A stretch of 62,821 nt of DNA, the filler included, from Nemertoderma westbladi (taxonomy: Eukaryota > Animalia > Xenacoelomorpha): the NCBI GenBank assembly GCA_032718475.1. It is 3 parts of 3 records of this genome, joined end to end, with 100 filler letters (N's around TTAATTAATTAA, not from the genome) between each part and the next. Parts side by side here need not be neighbours in the genome. Positions count along the whole stretch, not along the records: positions 1 to 27,942 come from JAUCBJ010004589.1; positions 28,043 to 48,762 come from JAUCBJ010003627.1; 1 more part is not named here. One strand, 5' to 3'. The translations under genes were made by a program, and so were the position numbers. Of the stretch, positions 26,445-38,112 are shown piece by piece (the stretch's first letter is position 1; the number at the start of each line of letters is the position of its first letter). The notes under the pieces were generated by a model, which saw nothing but the letters and a program-made list of their open reading frames with translations, was not told the DNA's origin and made no database searches.

Positions 26445-27529
26445 ATAGAACTTGTAATTGTTAACTTTTACTGCCGGTTCTGAAAGTTCTTGAATGTATT
26501 AAATTCACTCGCAATAGTCCATTATTAACATCAGAAATGTGATTGGCCCATATTGGTGGTGCTGCTTCCCAATGGTCAGATAGGCAGGCAGTTGGTTGAG
26601 GAGTGAGTCTTCCTTTAACCGTTACCCCAAGTCAATTTTTTTTATTTATAATCCTACATTTCTGAAACTTTAACACAATGATATGTAATCTTTTACTAAG
26701 AAAACTGTGTATGGATAGCTCCGTAAACCCGTTTTTTCGAAAAATATGGGACTTCTTGTGCAAGTCGGACTTTTTAAAAAATTGTATAATTTTTAAGGAT
26801 TTTAAATGTAAAATATATCATGTTTAAGGATCTATAACCACATGAGTTAAAGTTCTTGTCCGAAGGCTTTGGCAAAATTTACCAAGATATGTAGACAATC
26901 TTTTAGGAAAATTTGAGCCCAAAATTATTGTTTTTGAAAAATGTGTGGGGGTTTTAGTATGGAAGTTATACATACGCGACGGACAACATAGGACTCAGTA
27001 CAATGATTTCAATACTCATATAATGCTTATACTGTAATACAGTGCGAAATGTATCGTTGTACACATATCAGCAAGTCATCGGATAATATAGAATAGATAG
27101 CAGTCATCTGTATGTCCTATGCCCTAGAAAATAATATCCCGTCTGCAACATTGGCCAGTCGAACTGGCAGCATAATTACGATATTATCACAGTTCGCTCA
27201 GAAGATAACCCGGCAGATGCATTGTCGAGAATGACTCCACTTAAAGATAATTACATTTACAAAGAAAATTATATAGAGGTAAAACAAATGGATATAGCAC
27301 AGGAACAGGCATTTTAGTCCAGTATGCCACGGAAGGTGACAAGTTTCTACATATAACGTCTGTAGCAAAAATTGGCTTCCGGCGCATTTAGACTGTTTCC
27401 TTGTGTTTTTACAAAAAACACACACGCCACTAGATTTTTTCGCTTTTTTCGCACACCAACCTTACTGAGTTTGTCGAAAACCTTAAAAGTTCAGATAAGA
27501 AACTCCAACAATATAAATCAGTTGAAAAC

Positions 27530-27615
27530 GAACTTACTATACAAAGGAATAGTGATGAGAGGTAACCGAATAATTATACCAGAGTTACTAAGAGCAAAGG
27601 TGTTGGAAGATATTA
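27530..27615 (+). mobile_element. Small Gypsy-like pol remnant
   Basis: YKGIVMRGNRIIIPELLRAKVLEDI resembles the segment preceding the integrase HHCC domain. Confidence 0.55.
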
Positions 27616-27942
27616 GTTGGAAGAAGCATAGATAAGGTACTGTTACTAAAATTACCAGTATATTATTTTGGCTAATACAGTCCCAAACTAGTATTAGTCG
27701 GGGACACATGTTATAATATAAAGTTTTAACGACATGTGACATCCGATCTGCAATAGCGAATCTCAGCTTCGAATTCGCTATCAAATTGGCTTTCAAATTT
27801 ACTTAAACTGCCATTTCGTCCGCTTTATGTAAAAAAAACACACCCTACTACTAATATTATAATCGGCCTGCTGCATTCAATCAAGTTATATTGGTGTTCT
27901 AAGGGTATGCTGCATTCAAGTTGCGCATTGAGATGCTGGCAA

Positions 27943-28042
27943 NNNNNNNNNNNNNNNNNNNNNNNNNNNNNNNNNNNNNNNNNNNNTTAATTAATTAANN
28001 NNNNNNNNNNNNNNNNNNNNNNNNNNNNNNNNNNNNNNNNNN
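27943..28042. other. Artificial gap/contig linker
   Basis: 44 N + TTAATTAATTAA (stops in all six frames) + 44 N. Confidence 0.97.
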
Positions 28043-30652
28043 CATTTAATATGTACACTTTACAAACCACCAAAATATAATAATGCAACATTCTTTCCCA
28101 AATTTTCGGAGGAAATTGAAAATGCCCAAATCTTGGAACCAAATAAATGTATTGTCATACAGGGGGATTTAAATATCAATATATTAGCTAAAACAAATCC
28201 AAAACAAAAAACGCTATTTGATATCCTTAACTTATATAATTTAACTTTAACTAACACTACCAAACCAACAAGAACAACAAAAAAATCATCAACTTTAATA
28301 GACTTAGTTATCACTAATATAGACCTAAGAAAGATAACAGCAAACGAAGTTTTCCCGTGTGAATTTTCCGATCACGATTATACTTTAATCAAAATAGACT
28401 ACAAACTAAGGACTGCAAAAAATGACAGTAAACAGTGGGTAGAATATAGAGATTACTCTAGTTTTGAAGAATCTAGATTCATATCAGACATAGCGAAAAT
28501 TTACTGGGGGAATTTCTATAGTCAAAACAATATCAATCTACAATTCGAAATATTTGAACAACTAATAATACAAATTTTAAATAGGCATGCACCAATAAAA
28601 CGCAAATTAATAACTAACAAAAAAATAAAAAATTATAAAAATGACGATTGGTCAACACTTGAATTGGAACAATTACGCACAAAAAAGTATAACAAATTTC
28701 TAGAATGGCGAAGAAACAAGACAAATGCAAACTATTCAGAATACAAATTACTACGAAATAAATTCAACAATCTAAATGCAAAATTAAAAAATTCTTATAT
28801 TAAACACAAATATATTGAAGCAAAAGACAGTAAATCTAGATGGCAATTAATAAATAAAATCTTAAACAACAAAAGAAAACAGTCGAAAATAAATTGCATT
28901 AAAAATCTAGGAACACTAACAACAAATAAGAAAAAAATTGTAGAAATATTTAATAGAACTTATATCGAACTAGGAAATTTTTTCAAAAATGTTAGCGTTG
29001 ATGCAAATATGAAAACACTTGGAGTAACGGTAGTAGGAACAAACATTAAGGATACTTTCTCCTTCCAATGTATAACATCATCAGACGTATACAACATCAT
29101 AAATAATTTAAATGCAAAAAAATCCAGTGGACCATCTTTAATACCGATAAAAATTATCAAGAATATAGCCCCGCATATAACATATCAATTAACTTACATA
29201 TTAAATCAATGTATCACCAAGTCACTTTTTCCAGACAAACTAAAACTTGTAAATATCACTCCCATATTTAAATCAGGTGATCCACATGAACCAACAAATT
29301 ACAGACCTGTCGCAATGACTACGCCATTTGCTAAAATATTTGAACGAGTACTTTATAATCAAATTATACATTATATAAATAAACACAAAATAATTTATTC
29401 TAAGCAATTTGGATTCCGAAAAGGGTTTTCAACTGTTGACGCACTAACATATCTCTCAGAATCCTGGAGAAAAAAGCTTGACGAAAATAATTACATTGCA
29501 ATAGCATTCCTGGATCTCAGCAAGGCCTTCAACTCAGTAAACCGACAAATATTACTACACAGACTTGCAACGTTAGGTTTTCATTCCACATCTCAACTTC
29601 TTATAAAAAATTATTTGACTGATAGACGACAAAGAGTAAAACTAGAAAACTCAACATCACCATGGTTAACGGAAATCTGTGGCCTACCACAAGGAACAAT
29701 ACTGGCACCACTTCTCTTCACATTGTATACAAACAACATACCAGATACAGCAAAATCTTCAACTATCATTCAATACGCAGACGATACAGTAATATACACT
29801 ACAGGCACAAATCCACAGCTGGCTGCAAAATTACTACAAAACGAAATTATACTATTAAACAAAACATTTGTGCAACATCACTTGAAACTGAACCACTCCA
29901 AGACTGAATTCTTACTACTATCACCAAAACAACAGACATCAACTGACTTCAATACAGACGAAATAAATCTTGACATAGGAACAAAAGATCCGATCTCACA
30001 ATCAACCACGGTTAAATACCTAGGAGTAGAATTAGATAAAAAACTACAATGGCACCATCATATAACTAAAACAATACAGAAAATGACACTCAGTATATCT
30101 TGCCTCCGCTCAATAAAGGGACAACTAACAATAAAAACAAAATTACAACTACTAAAAGCACTAACATTGCCGTACCATCTTTACTGTAACCAACTATTAG
30201 TCCCACTACATGATAAATACGGACACAAGGAAATACTATACAAATTTGAAAAAGTACAAAATTACGCACTACGAACTATCTTTGGGAAACGGATTAGGGA
30301 CTCAACAGGAACTGAACTACGAGAAAAAGCCAAAATACCAACCCTAAAAGCTGTAAGAGAATATTTCGGATTAATATACTTTTTTAAATACATAAACAAC
30401 CTATCAGAACCATTTAAAGCATTAGACCATCCTTTTTTACCCAAAATAAACATTAGACTAAACAATCGAACAAAAAACATAATCATACCTAAAACTAGAA
30501 ACAGATACGGACATGAAAGTTTACTCGTGAATCTTATAAAATTATGGAATGCACTACCAATTAAAATAAAAGAAATTACAAAACTAAAATATTTCAAAAC
30601 AAAGTTAAAAAAACAGTTCCTATCGAAATATAGCCATGAGGATGCAACCTAG
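28043..30652 (+). CDS. CR1/L2-group LINE ORF2 (APE endonuclease + RT), uninterrupted, 5' end cut by the gap
   Basis: Frame is open from the gap. YKPP, GDLNIN, TLIDLV, SDHD, NYRPV, QFGFR, FLDLSKAF, PQGTILAPLLF, YADD, KYLGV. The 3' UTR ends in AATAAA and (TAA)n near 30923. Confidence 0.95.
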   Translation, partial: HLICTLYKPPKYNNATFFPKFSEEIENAQILEPNKCIVIQGDLNINILAKTNPKQKTLFDILNLYNLTLTNTTKPTRTTKKSSTLIDLVITNIDLRKITANEVFPCEFSDHDYTLIKIDYKLRTAKNDSKQWVEYRDYSSFEESRFISDIAKIYWGNFYSQNNINLQFEIFEQLIIQILNRHAPIKRKLITNKKIKNYKNDDWSTLELEQLRTKKYNKFLEWRRNKTNANYSEYKLLRNKFNNLNAKLKNSYIKHKYIEAKDSKSRWQLINKILNNKRKQSKINCIKNLGTLTTNKKKIVEIFNRTYIELGNFFKNVSVDANMKTLGVTVVGTNIKDTFSFQCITSSDVYNIINNLNAKKSSGPSLIPIKIIKNIAPHITYQLTYILNQCITKSLFPDKLKLVNITPIFKSGDPHEPTNYRPVAMTTPFAKIFERVLYNQIIHYINKHKIIYSKQFGFRKGFSTVDALTYLSESWRKKLDENNYIAIAFLDLSKAFNSVNRQILLHRLATLGFHSTSQLLIKNYLTDRRQRVKLENSTSPWLTEICGLPQGTILAPLLFTLYTNNIPDTAKSSTIIQYADDTVIYTTGTNPQLAAKLLQNEIILLNKTFVQHHLKLNHSKTEFLLLSPKQQTSTDFNTDEINLDIGTKDPISQSTTVKYLGVELDKKLQWHHHITKTIQKMTLSISCLRSIKGQLTIKTKLQLLKALTLPYHLYCNQLLVPLHDKYGHKEILYKFEKVQNYALRTIFGKRIRDSTGTELREKAKIPTLKAVREYFGLIYFFKYINNLSEPFKALDHPFLPKINIRLNNRTKNIIIPKTRNRYGHESLLVNLIKLWNALPIKIKEITKLKYFKTKLKKQFLSKYSHEDAT

Positions 30653-31206
30653 CGGATTTGCACCTGTGACTGCCGCCAATTAATAGAACATTATTTATTA
30701 TACTGTAGATGTAATGTAATAATGATTGTACTGTAGGCCTACTCGATTCCTCATACTGTATATTTGTACTGTACACGGTGCAGCCTAGCTGTTACCTGGA
30801 ACCCTGTGACGCTTATTTGCTTATAATTATCAGTAAATACTGTATGTATTAACTGCCTCGTGCAAATATATATTTGAATGAGTTTTTAGCAAATAAAAGA
30901 GATATAATAATAATAATAATAATGGTAAAATATGAGTTATTATTAGAATAATATAAAATTAAATGAATTATGAATTATCAACTTATGTCAAAAATATAAT
31001 ATAAATATAATATCATTTATACAACAAATTTTGTAAATATGATGGCCATGTCAGAACCCGCTACCTACTGGTGAAAAGGTTTTACAATTTATTATGTGCA
31101 ATATATTTTAAAATTAAATAGTTTAATTTTGCACGTCTGCTTTAATTTTTTAAATAATATTAATTTTTAAATAAGACCATCGGCATCAGGTTAATAGCAT
31201 GTTACA

Positions 31207-31560
31207 TTAACCCATGCAGGTTACATAGATTTTCTTACACGGAGTACCTTTGGGTCATTTTGACCCACATACATTTTCACTTTATAACGGTATTAGATTT
31301 TGCAAATAATTACTAGATTTTCATCTAATTAGGAACTAATAAACTATTTTTTTTATTTTTAAAAAGTTATTAGACTTTCAGAGCTCAATTTTTATTTTAC
31401 ATTATGTTTGAAAAATGCATGTACATAACAGTATTTAGGATTTTAGTTTTTATGTCAGAAATAAACAGGTTTTTAGGCTACTGTATTAAGGTTTATATTG
31501 TTTGTAAATAATGAGACATAAAAGAATACTCAAATACTCACTTAAAGATTATTCAATTGG
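31207..31560. mobile_element. Possible piggyBac-type terminal fragment
   Basis: TTAA-CCC start plus subterminal GGGTCATTTTGACCC palindrome. No matching far end found; right boundary approximate. Confidence 0.4.
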
Positions 31561-31654
31561 CAGAAGTAATTACACGTTCGTGGGGCCATCGCGCAGGACG
31601 AGGCTCAGTTATTAGATACAGATTAAATAGATAGATTAAATAAATAGATACAAA

Positions 31655-32380
31655 TACATGCATCTGTAACCTGCTCCTTTACTAACCTGCATAATCTTGT
31701 AATATGTGTTATTTATCGTTTTGGTTCTAACTACTTGCCTCTGTAACCTTCTTCTTTAATAAATGCGTAATTGTGTAATACATGTTAAGGATAACTATCA
31801 TTTATTGTTTTGGTTATGTCTACCCACCTCAATAACCAGCTCCTTTACGAACCTGCATAAACTTGTAACATGTGTTAATTATTGTTTTGGTTCTATCTAC
31901 ACGCATCTGTAAACTGCTCCTATACTAACCTGCATAATCGTGTAACACTTGTTAACTATAGTTTATTGTTTTGGTTCTATCTACACGCTTCTGTAACCTG
32001 CTCCTTTACTAGTCTGCATAGTCTTGTAACACGTGTTAACTATCGTTTATTGTTTTGGTTCTATCTACACGCATCTGTAAACTGCTCCTATACTAACCTG
32101 CATAATCGTGTAACACTTGTTAACTATCGTTTATTGTTTTGGTTCTATCTACACGCTTCTGTAACCTGCTCCTTTACTAGTCTGCATAGTCTTGTAACAC
32201 GTGTTAACTATCGTTTATTGTTTTGGTTCTATCTACACGCTTCTACAACCTCCTCCTTTAGTAGCCTGCATAATCGTGTAACACATGTTAACTATCGTTC
32301 ATTGTTTTGGTTCTATCTACACGCTTCTATAACCTGCTCCTTTAGTAGCCTGCATAATCTTGTAATACGTTTTAACTACA
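31655..32380. repeat. 84-bp satellite, ~8 copies, with A/B alternation
   Basis: TTATTGTTTTGGTTCTATCTACACGC at 31879, 31963, 32047, 32131, 32215 and 32299, with more degenerate copies upstream. Explains ORF 31882-32553. Confidence 0.95.
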
Positions 32381-32384
32381 GATT

Positions 32385-32534
32385 CCAAATCCCAAATTAC
32401 CTATTTGCAAATCCCAAATTATTTTCCCAAATTCTTTATTTACAAATCCCAAATTCCTTATTTCCAAATCCCAAATACCTTATTCCCAAATCCCAAACAC
32501 CTTATTCCCAAATCCCAAAGGGACGCGTTGTTCA
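32385..32534. repeat. CCCAAAT short-repeat cassette
   Basis: CCCAAATCCCAAAT..CTTATT repeats ending GGGACGCGTTGTTCA. Recurs at 37915-37960, and the short repeats recur at 38060-38108. Confidence 0.8.
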
Positions 32535-33299
32535 CGGCCTGTGCCTTTGCTAGTGTTTGCTCTAATACACACCACCACACCACAAAGGAATGGGGAAACA
32601 GTCAGCCACTGAACCAATACTACTGCAATTACCTCTGTCAATTGAGTAAGATGGAAATTAGGTTCATAGAGGATCAACGTTTAATGGCACTAATATATAT
32701 TATATATTGCATACCAGTCCAAGGAAGATCGAACAATAGGCTTGACTATACTATACATAGGTTGTGTAAAGGTCATTTTGCCTGGGTAATAATACTCTTT
32801 TTTTTTATTCAATTCAATTTATTTAATTCCTTCAATTGGTTGGGGTGCACTCTTTACATTTGCAATTTACAATATTAATTTTGTTAGTAAGCTTTTTAAA
32901 TAATTTTTTTATATATATTTCTAATGTTATTAGTTCATTTTTTGTTTTCCAGAGTAGTGCATTGATGGGAGTTGACAGTAGCGGAAGCTAGTGTTGGCAA
33001 CTCACAACAAAGGCCAATTGGGAGGAGGGAGTGGGGTGCGGGGAGTGGAGTGGAGGGGAAGGGAAGGGAGGGGAGGGGGGGGGGGGGGTGTTAAGCCTAA
33101 CCAACCAAACAAGACTATTGATAGGTTGCAATATATATTCCAGTGATTATTGATTGTTATATTTGAGTTAATTTGTTTTTGTTTAAATTTACTTTACTAT
33201 ATATTAATTAACTAGAATTGTATTTATAGTTTTATTTGCTTTGATTACTTAATTAGGTGGTTGCGAAGCCTATGAATTAAGTTAATTTAATAGGTTTTT

Positions 33300-36200
33300 T
33301 TAAAATTTCTTTCCTAGGGAATTTTTTGATTTGCTTTGTTTAATGTCGTTATCCAACAAGTTCCAGACAATGGCACCAGGGTAGTTAAATGATTTTTGTG
33401 TCTGCGTTAGTTGGGTCCTTTTTATATAATAATTTTTACTTGTAGATGATCGTGTATTGTAAGAATGTATAGCAGATGTTTGTTTAAACAGTGATGTGAT
33501 GAATGTTTGTTTTTTGTTGTTGTGTATTTGCCACATTAATTTAGCAGTTTCTAGTAGGTGTAGTTGTTCAATAGGAAGTATATTTAGTTGTCTGTAAAGT
33601 GGAGGTGCGTGTTCACGGTAGTGACTGAGGGTTATCGCTCTCAACAATTTATTAATTTTAGTTCTAATGGGTTTAATGTGTGTTTGTGATGCATTACCCC
33701 AGATCACTATACCATAGTTAATATATGGTTGTATTAGTGCACAGTACAGTAGTTTCAGTATGTGTAGCGGTAGAGTGTGGCGTAGTTTAAAGAATATTCC
33801 TGATGATTTTGAGATTTTTTTTAGAACATATGCGCAGTGTGTTTTCCAAGATAATTTATCGTCTATCCAGATTCCTAAAAATTTGGTTTTACTTACGTTA
33901 CTTATAGGAATGTCTCTTATTTTAATATTTTCATGTTCAGTGGCTTGTTTGTTTGTTTAGATATTCTGTTTTTTTAAGATTAAGGGATAGTTGGTTGTCT
34001 GTCAGCCATTGATCAACTCTATTAAGTTCTACGTTTATGGTATCTGTAAGTATTTTAATATCAGTGTGGTTGTATAGTAAATTCGTGTCGTCAGCAAATA
34101 GTGTTGATAGTAGTGATGTACAGTTAGGTAAGTCGTTTATGTATATAAGGAATAAAGTTGCGGACAAAATGGCCCCCTGGGGGGTACCGCAGGGGGCAAG
34201 TATTGGCTCAGAGTGAATATTGCCTATGTTTACAGTGTGAGTTCGGTTGTGTAAGAAGCTGGTAAGTAATTCGAGTGGGGTTCCCCGGATACCATAGCTA
34301 TTTAGTTTGCTTAACAGGATGTTGTGTTGCAAGGTGTCAAACGCTTTTTTGAGGTCTATGGATATTAAACAGGCTGTTTCATGTTTTTCTAGAATGTTTA
34401 ATATCTTTTCAGTAACAGTAAGTATGGCATCTGTAGTTGTCGAGTGTTTTCGTAATCCGTATTGGTTTGTAGAGAGAATTGAGTACTTTTCTAAATAGGA
34501 TATTAATTGGGAATTTATCACTCGTTCAAAGAGTTTACTGAAAACAGGTAGTATTGAAATTGGTCTGTAATTATTCTTGTCAGTGGGGTCTCCGGCTTTG
34601 AAAACTGGGATAATTTTTGCAGCTTTAAGAATGGATGGGAACGTGCCATTTTTAATGGAAATATTAATTAGATGTGTTAAGTGGGGAGCGAGATCGTAGG
34701 CTGCAAGTTTTAGTAAAGATATAGGAAAATTGTCGTTTGTTGAACTCGAGTTATTTAAGTCTAGTATATTGTAAATAGTTTCTGCGTTTGATGTCGGGAT
34801 AAGTGAGAAGGAGTTCGGTTTTTTGTGATTTATATAACGAGTAGGGTTTCTGTTTGAAGTTGGTATGTTTTGTGACAGTCGAGTTCCTACAGTAGCAAAG
34901 TGATTGTTGAAGACACTGCAACTCTCCCTGGGGTCAGTAATCTCACTTTCATTTCCGATGTTGTCTATTAAAATTAATTTTTTTGGTGAATTTCTTGTTT
35001 TTGATCGATTTAAGGCAGAGTTTATTGTATTCCATGTTTTTCGCATATTATTTTTATTTTTTTCAAATTCATTTGCATAGTATTTTTTTTCGGATAATTT
35101 TAGGAGTTTTGAGAATTTGTTTCTGTACTTTTTATATTCCTTTTCTTTTTCTTCAGTTCTATTTTTTATGAGTGATGCGTACAATCTGTTTTTAAATTTG
35201 GACGACTTGATTAGACCAATAGACATCCAGGGTTTTTTTGGAATTTCGTTGTTTTTAATTTCCTTTTTAGGTAGATGTGTATTGGCTATTTTTTCAAAAT
35301 TTTTGTAGAACTCATTGAATTTATTTTCATGGCTTATATTTTCATTCTTATAAGTCCAAGATTCTTCTTTTTGTAGATCTTTTAGGAAATTGTCTTTGTT
35401 AAAAGTGGAGTGGTCGTATGTAAAACGTTTATCAGGAGGATTAAAAAAGCAGGAGTCATTTTGAATTGTAATGAAAGTAGCTAAATGATCGGTTGTACCT
35501 ATTTCTGCCAGAAAGACACCCGGGGTTATTAATTTATCACGTATATTTGTAGAGATGTGGTCAATCAAGGTTTTAGAATGGGAAGTTATCCTAGTGGGGA
35601 CCTTAATTACTTGATCAAAGGAATATGATTCTAGAATTTGTAAATAATTAACAGAGTTATTTGATTTTATTAATAGGTCAATGTTTAAATCTCCGGTTAG
35701 AATTACGTCTAAATTTTGGTTGGATAGAGTATATAGAGTGTCGTTTAGATTTTCTAGAAAATCTGTTAGATGGCACGATTGAGGACGATATATATTTCCG
35801 ATAAGAATTGCTTTTGAAGTTTTTAGATTTTTGGATCTTGAGATACTGACCCAGGAAGATTCACAGTGATTAATTGTAATGTCTGTACGTACAGTAAAAT
35901 CTAATCCGTTTTTAATGTATATCGCTGCCCCACCCCGGTCCCTTTTCCCGTACTGTCTGTGATTAGTAATTGGTGGTAGGTATCCGGGGATAGTTAATGT
36001 AGAGAGGTCGCTGTCCTCTGTTAAGAAAGTTTCAGTGAAACACAATACATCAAACTGTTTTTCTAATAGGTTAAGGTAGTCGTTTGTGGCATGAAAATTT
36101 TTACTGAGACTTCTACAGTTAAGATGATATATTTTTAAAGAATCATTTTGAGATTGAATATTATATTTTGTATCTGAAAAGTATTTTCCGTCTGTATTAT

Positions 36201-36519
36201 TTGAGTCTAGGTTTTGGTCAGGGTCGATGTCCTTGAAAGTATTGTCGTAATCGTCGAAGTTACTTGGGAAGTCAAAGTCATTGTTGTCGTTATTAAAAAA
36301 TATGTCGGTGTCATTGTCTGGAACTGTAGAAAAAGGGAAAGTATCTTTAAGGCAAAAGGTACAATAGATTTTATTATTATTAGTTATACATTCACTACTT
36401 AAGTGGGATCCGCAGGGTAAGTGGTACAGGTTGTTACAAATGTCGCAGGTAAATTTTAGTTCTTTATGTTGGATTTTGGTGAAACAAAAATCACATGTTG
36501 GTTGGTTAGATAGGCTCAT
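33300..36519 (-). CDS. LINE ORF2: PHD finger + APE endonuclease + RT, one frameshift near 33940
   Basis: N-terminal CxxC..CxxC..HxxC..CxxC. NCRSL, TETFL, GGAAIY, IYRP, GDLNID, TDH, NYRPIS, DLKKAFD, PQG, FADD. After the shift: KFLGIWIDDKLSW and IWGNA. Confidence 0.93.
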
Positions 36520-36767
36520 AGGGGGGGTAGTACAAGAAATACGCTAAAAAAGTGGTCCTAAAAAAAATCACAAGGTGGTAAAAGTACCTAAAAAAGCTTA
36601 CTTTCTTACTTAACAACCTAGGTGAAACAGCAACAGTAGAACGGAGAACTCTCGGTAGGCGTATATTATATAATTCGTATATTAGTAATAGGATAATTAG
36701 TAATAAGTATGATAAAGTACTTTCTCCAGGTTCGCACACGACGATTCGAAATCATTAGCTACTTCTT

Positions 36768-37670
36768 TTATTCTATGGCAACGTCTTCGACTTCATTCCC
36801 TTCTGAATTGACATCCACCGGCAAAACACTATAGATGGAGCCTGTCGCCGAACCTCCTGGAGCAGAGGCCTCTACAGGCTCTACTGAACGATTTGCAGAA
36901 TTAACGGCTCTGGGAGCTGATCTCCGAGTGGGTTTGGAACCGGATCGACGCTTCTCCACTCTTTTCGTTTCTTGTCTACCTCGCTTCGTTGCCGTTCCAT
37001 CGGTTGTTGCAGCTCTCAGATTGCCAACATCTTCTAAAGTTTCAACAACGTGCGCCTTGTCGCTGGCGTTCCGTTTATAGACAACATCGCCATTTCTGGA
37101 ATAAGCTGAATGTATGATCTTATCGCGTTTCATCTTATTAAGTTCTTTGAGAAGTGTTGATCGGTGGGGAGTAAGATGCTCGGTTACGTACGCTGGTTTG
37201 ATATTTACTTTGTTTTGGATCGCCGTTATCCTCATCTGATGACCAAAGAATTTTACAATGACCGCACAAGATTTATTTTTACTACCGCCATCTCGAACCG
37301 TTGGATCGCTCCTAGCCCCAGCTTGGCTACCTGGATCGGTAGAATCAGAACGGGTGTGACCGATACGATGGAAGATATCCACATTGTTAAAGCTGATTCC
37401 CAAGTTTACAACAGCAGCCTCTACCCGCGCCGCTTCATCCTCGGGATTATTAGATTCAGGGAGGCCGTGTATGAGTATATTGGAGCGTTGAATGTATTGC
37501 TTTAGACTATCGTTTTCAAGAAATAATTTCTTATTAAAGATTTGTAGATCTTCAACTTCCTGGACGAGAGCAGGAATACTCTGTGTTGCAGTTTTTACCA
37601 CTTTAATGTCCGCTTTGAGTTCGTTGATAGAAGCTATGAGTGACGCCATATTTTCTGATTTTTTGCTCAT
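36768..37670 (-). CDS. LINE ORF1 (coiled coil + RRM-like)
   Basis: Coiled-coil N-terminus, QYIQRSNILIHGLPE, FHRIG, VIVKF, YVTEHLT. Lies directly upstream of ORF2. Confidence 0.88.
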   Translation of the reverse strand: MSKKSENMASLIASINELKADIKVVKTATQSIPALVQEVEDLQIFNKKLFLENDSLKQYIQRSNILIHGLPESNNPEDEAARVEAAVVNLGISFNNVDIFHRIGHTRSDSTDPGSQAGARSDPTVRDGGSKNKSCAVIVKFFGHQMRITAIQNKVNIKPAYVTEHLTPHRSTLLKELNKMKRDKIIHSAYSRNGDVVYKRNASDKAHVVETLEDVGNLRAATTDGTATKRGRQETKRVEKRRSGSKPTRRSAPRAVNSANRSVEPVEASAPGGSATGSIYSVLPVDVNSEGNEVEDVAIE

Positions 37671-38112
37671 ATTGGCAAATTAAATAGTGGTATGGTTGAG
37701 GATTATTATTTTGATGGTTATATCGGGTGAGATCAGGAGAGTTGATAATACGAAGTTTAGTTATTCAGTCAGACTATAACATCCTACAAGAGCTACCGGT
37801 ATCACTACTGTTGCATGTGTAGGTAAACAAACTCTGAAACTCCTACTCTTCCTACCTACAGTATTAATTTATATAATCTTTGTTGTGAATTCGAAATATA
37901 AACAAAAAACGTTAATCCCAAATTCCTTATTCCCAGATCCCAAAGGGACGCGTTGTTCAACTGAGCCCCGTCAGCGGAAACAGCCAGTGCCGCTAGTCAG
38001 TGGGGTTCACTTGTTGACGATAGGCTATTATGAGGCGTAGTGCGATTAATATAATGGCCGATCCCAAATTCATTATTCCCAAATCCCAAATACCTTATTC
38101 CCAAATCCCGAC

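Larger units (their letters stand above)
32800..37843 (-). mobile_element. Apparently full-length CR1/L2-group LINE with two ORFs
   Basis: ORF1, ORF2 and a 3' end reading AATAAATTGAATTGAATAAAAAAAAA on the minus strand. Possible short TSD TACTCTT at 32793-32799 and 37844-37850 (weak). Confidence 0.9.

Noticed and set aside
31882-32553. 223-aa repeat membrane protein
   Set aside because: Translation of the 84-bp satellite; related monomers elsewhere are non-coding.
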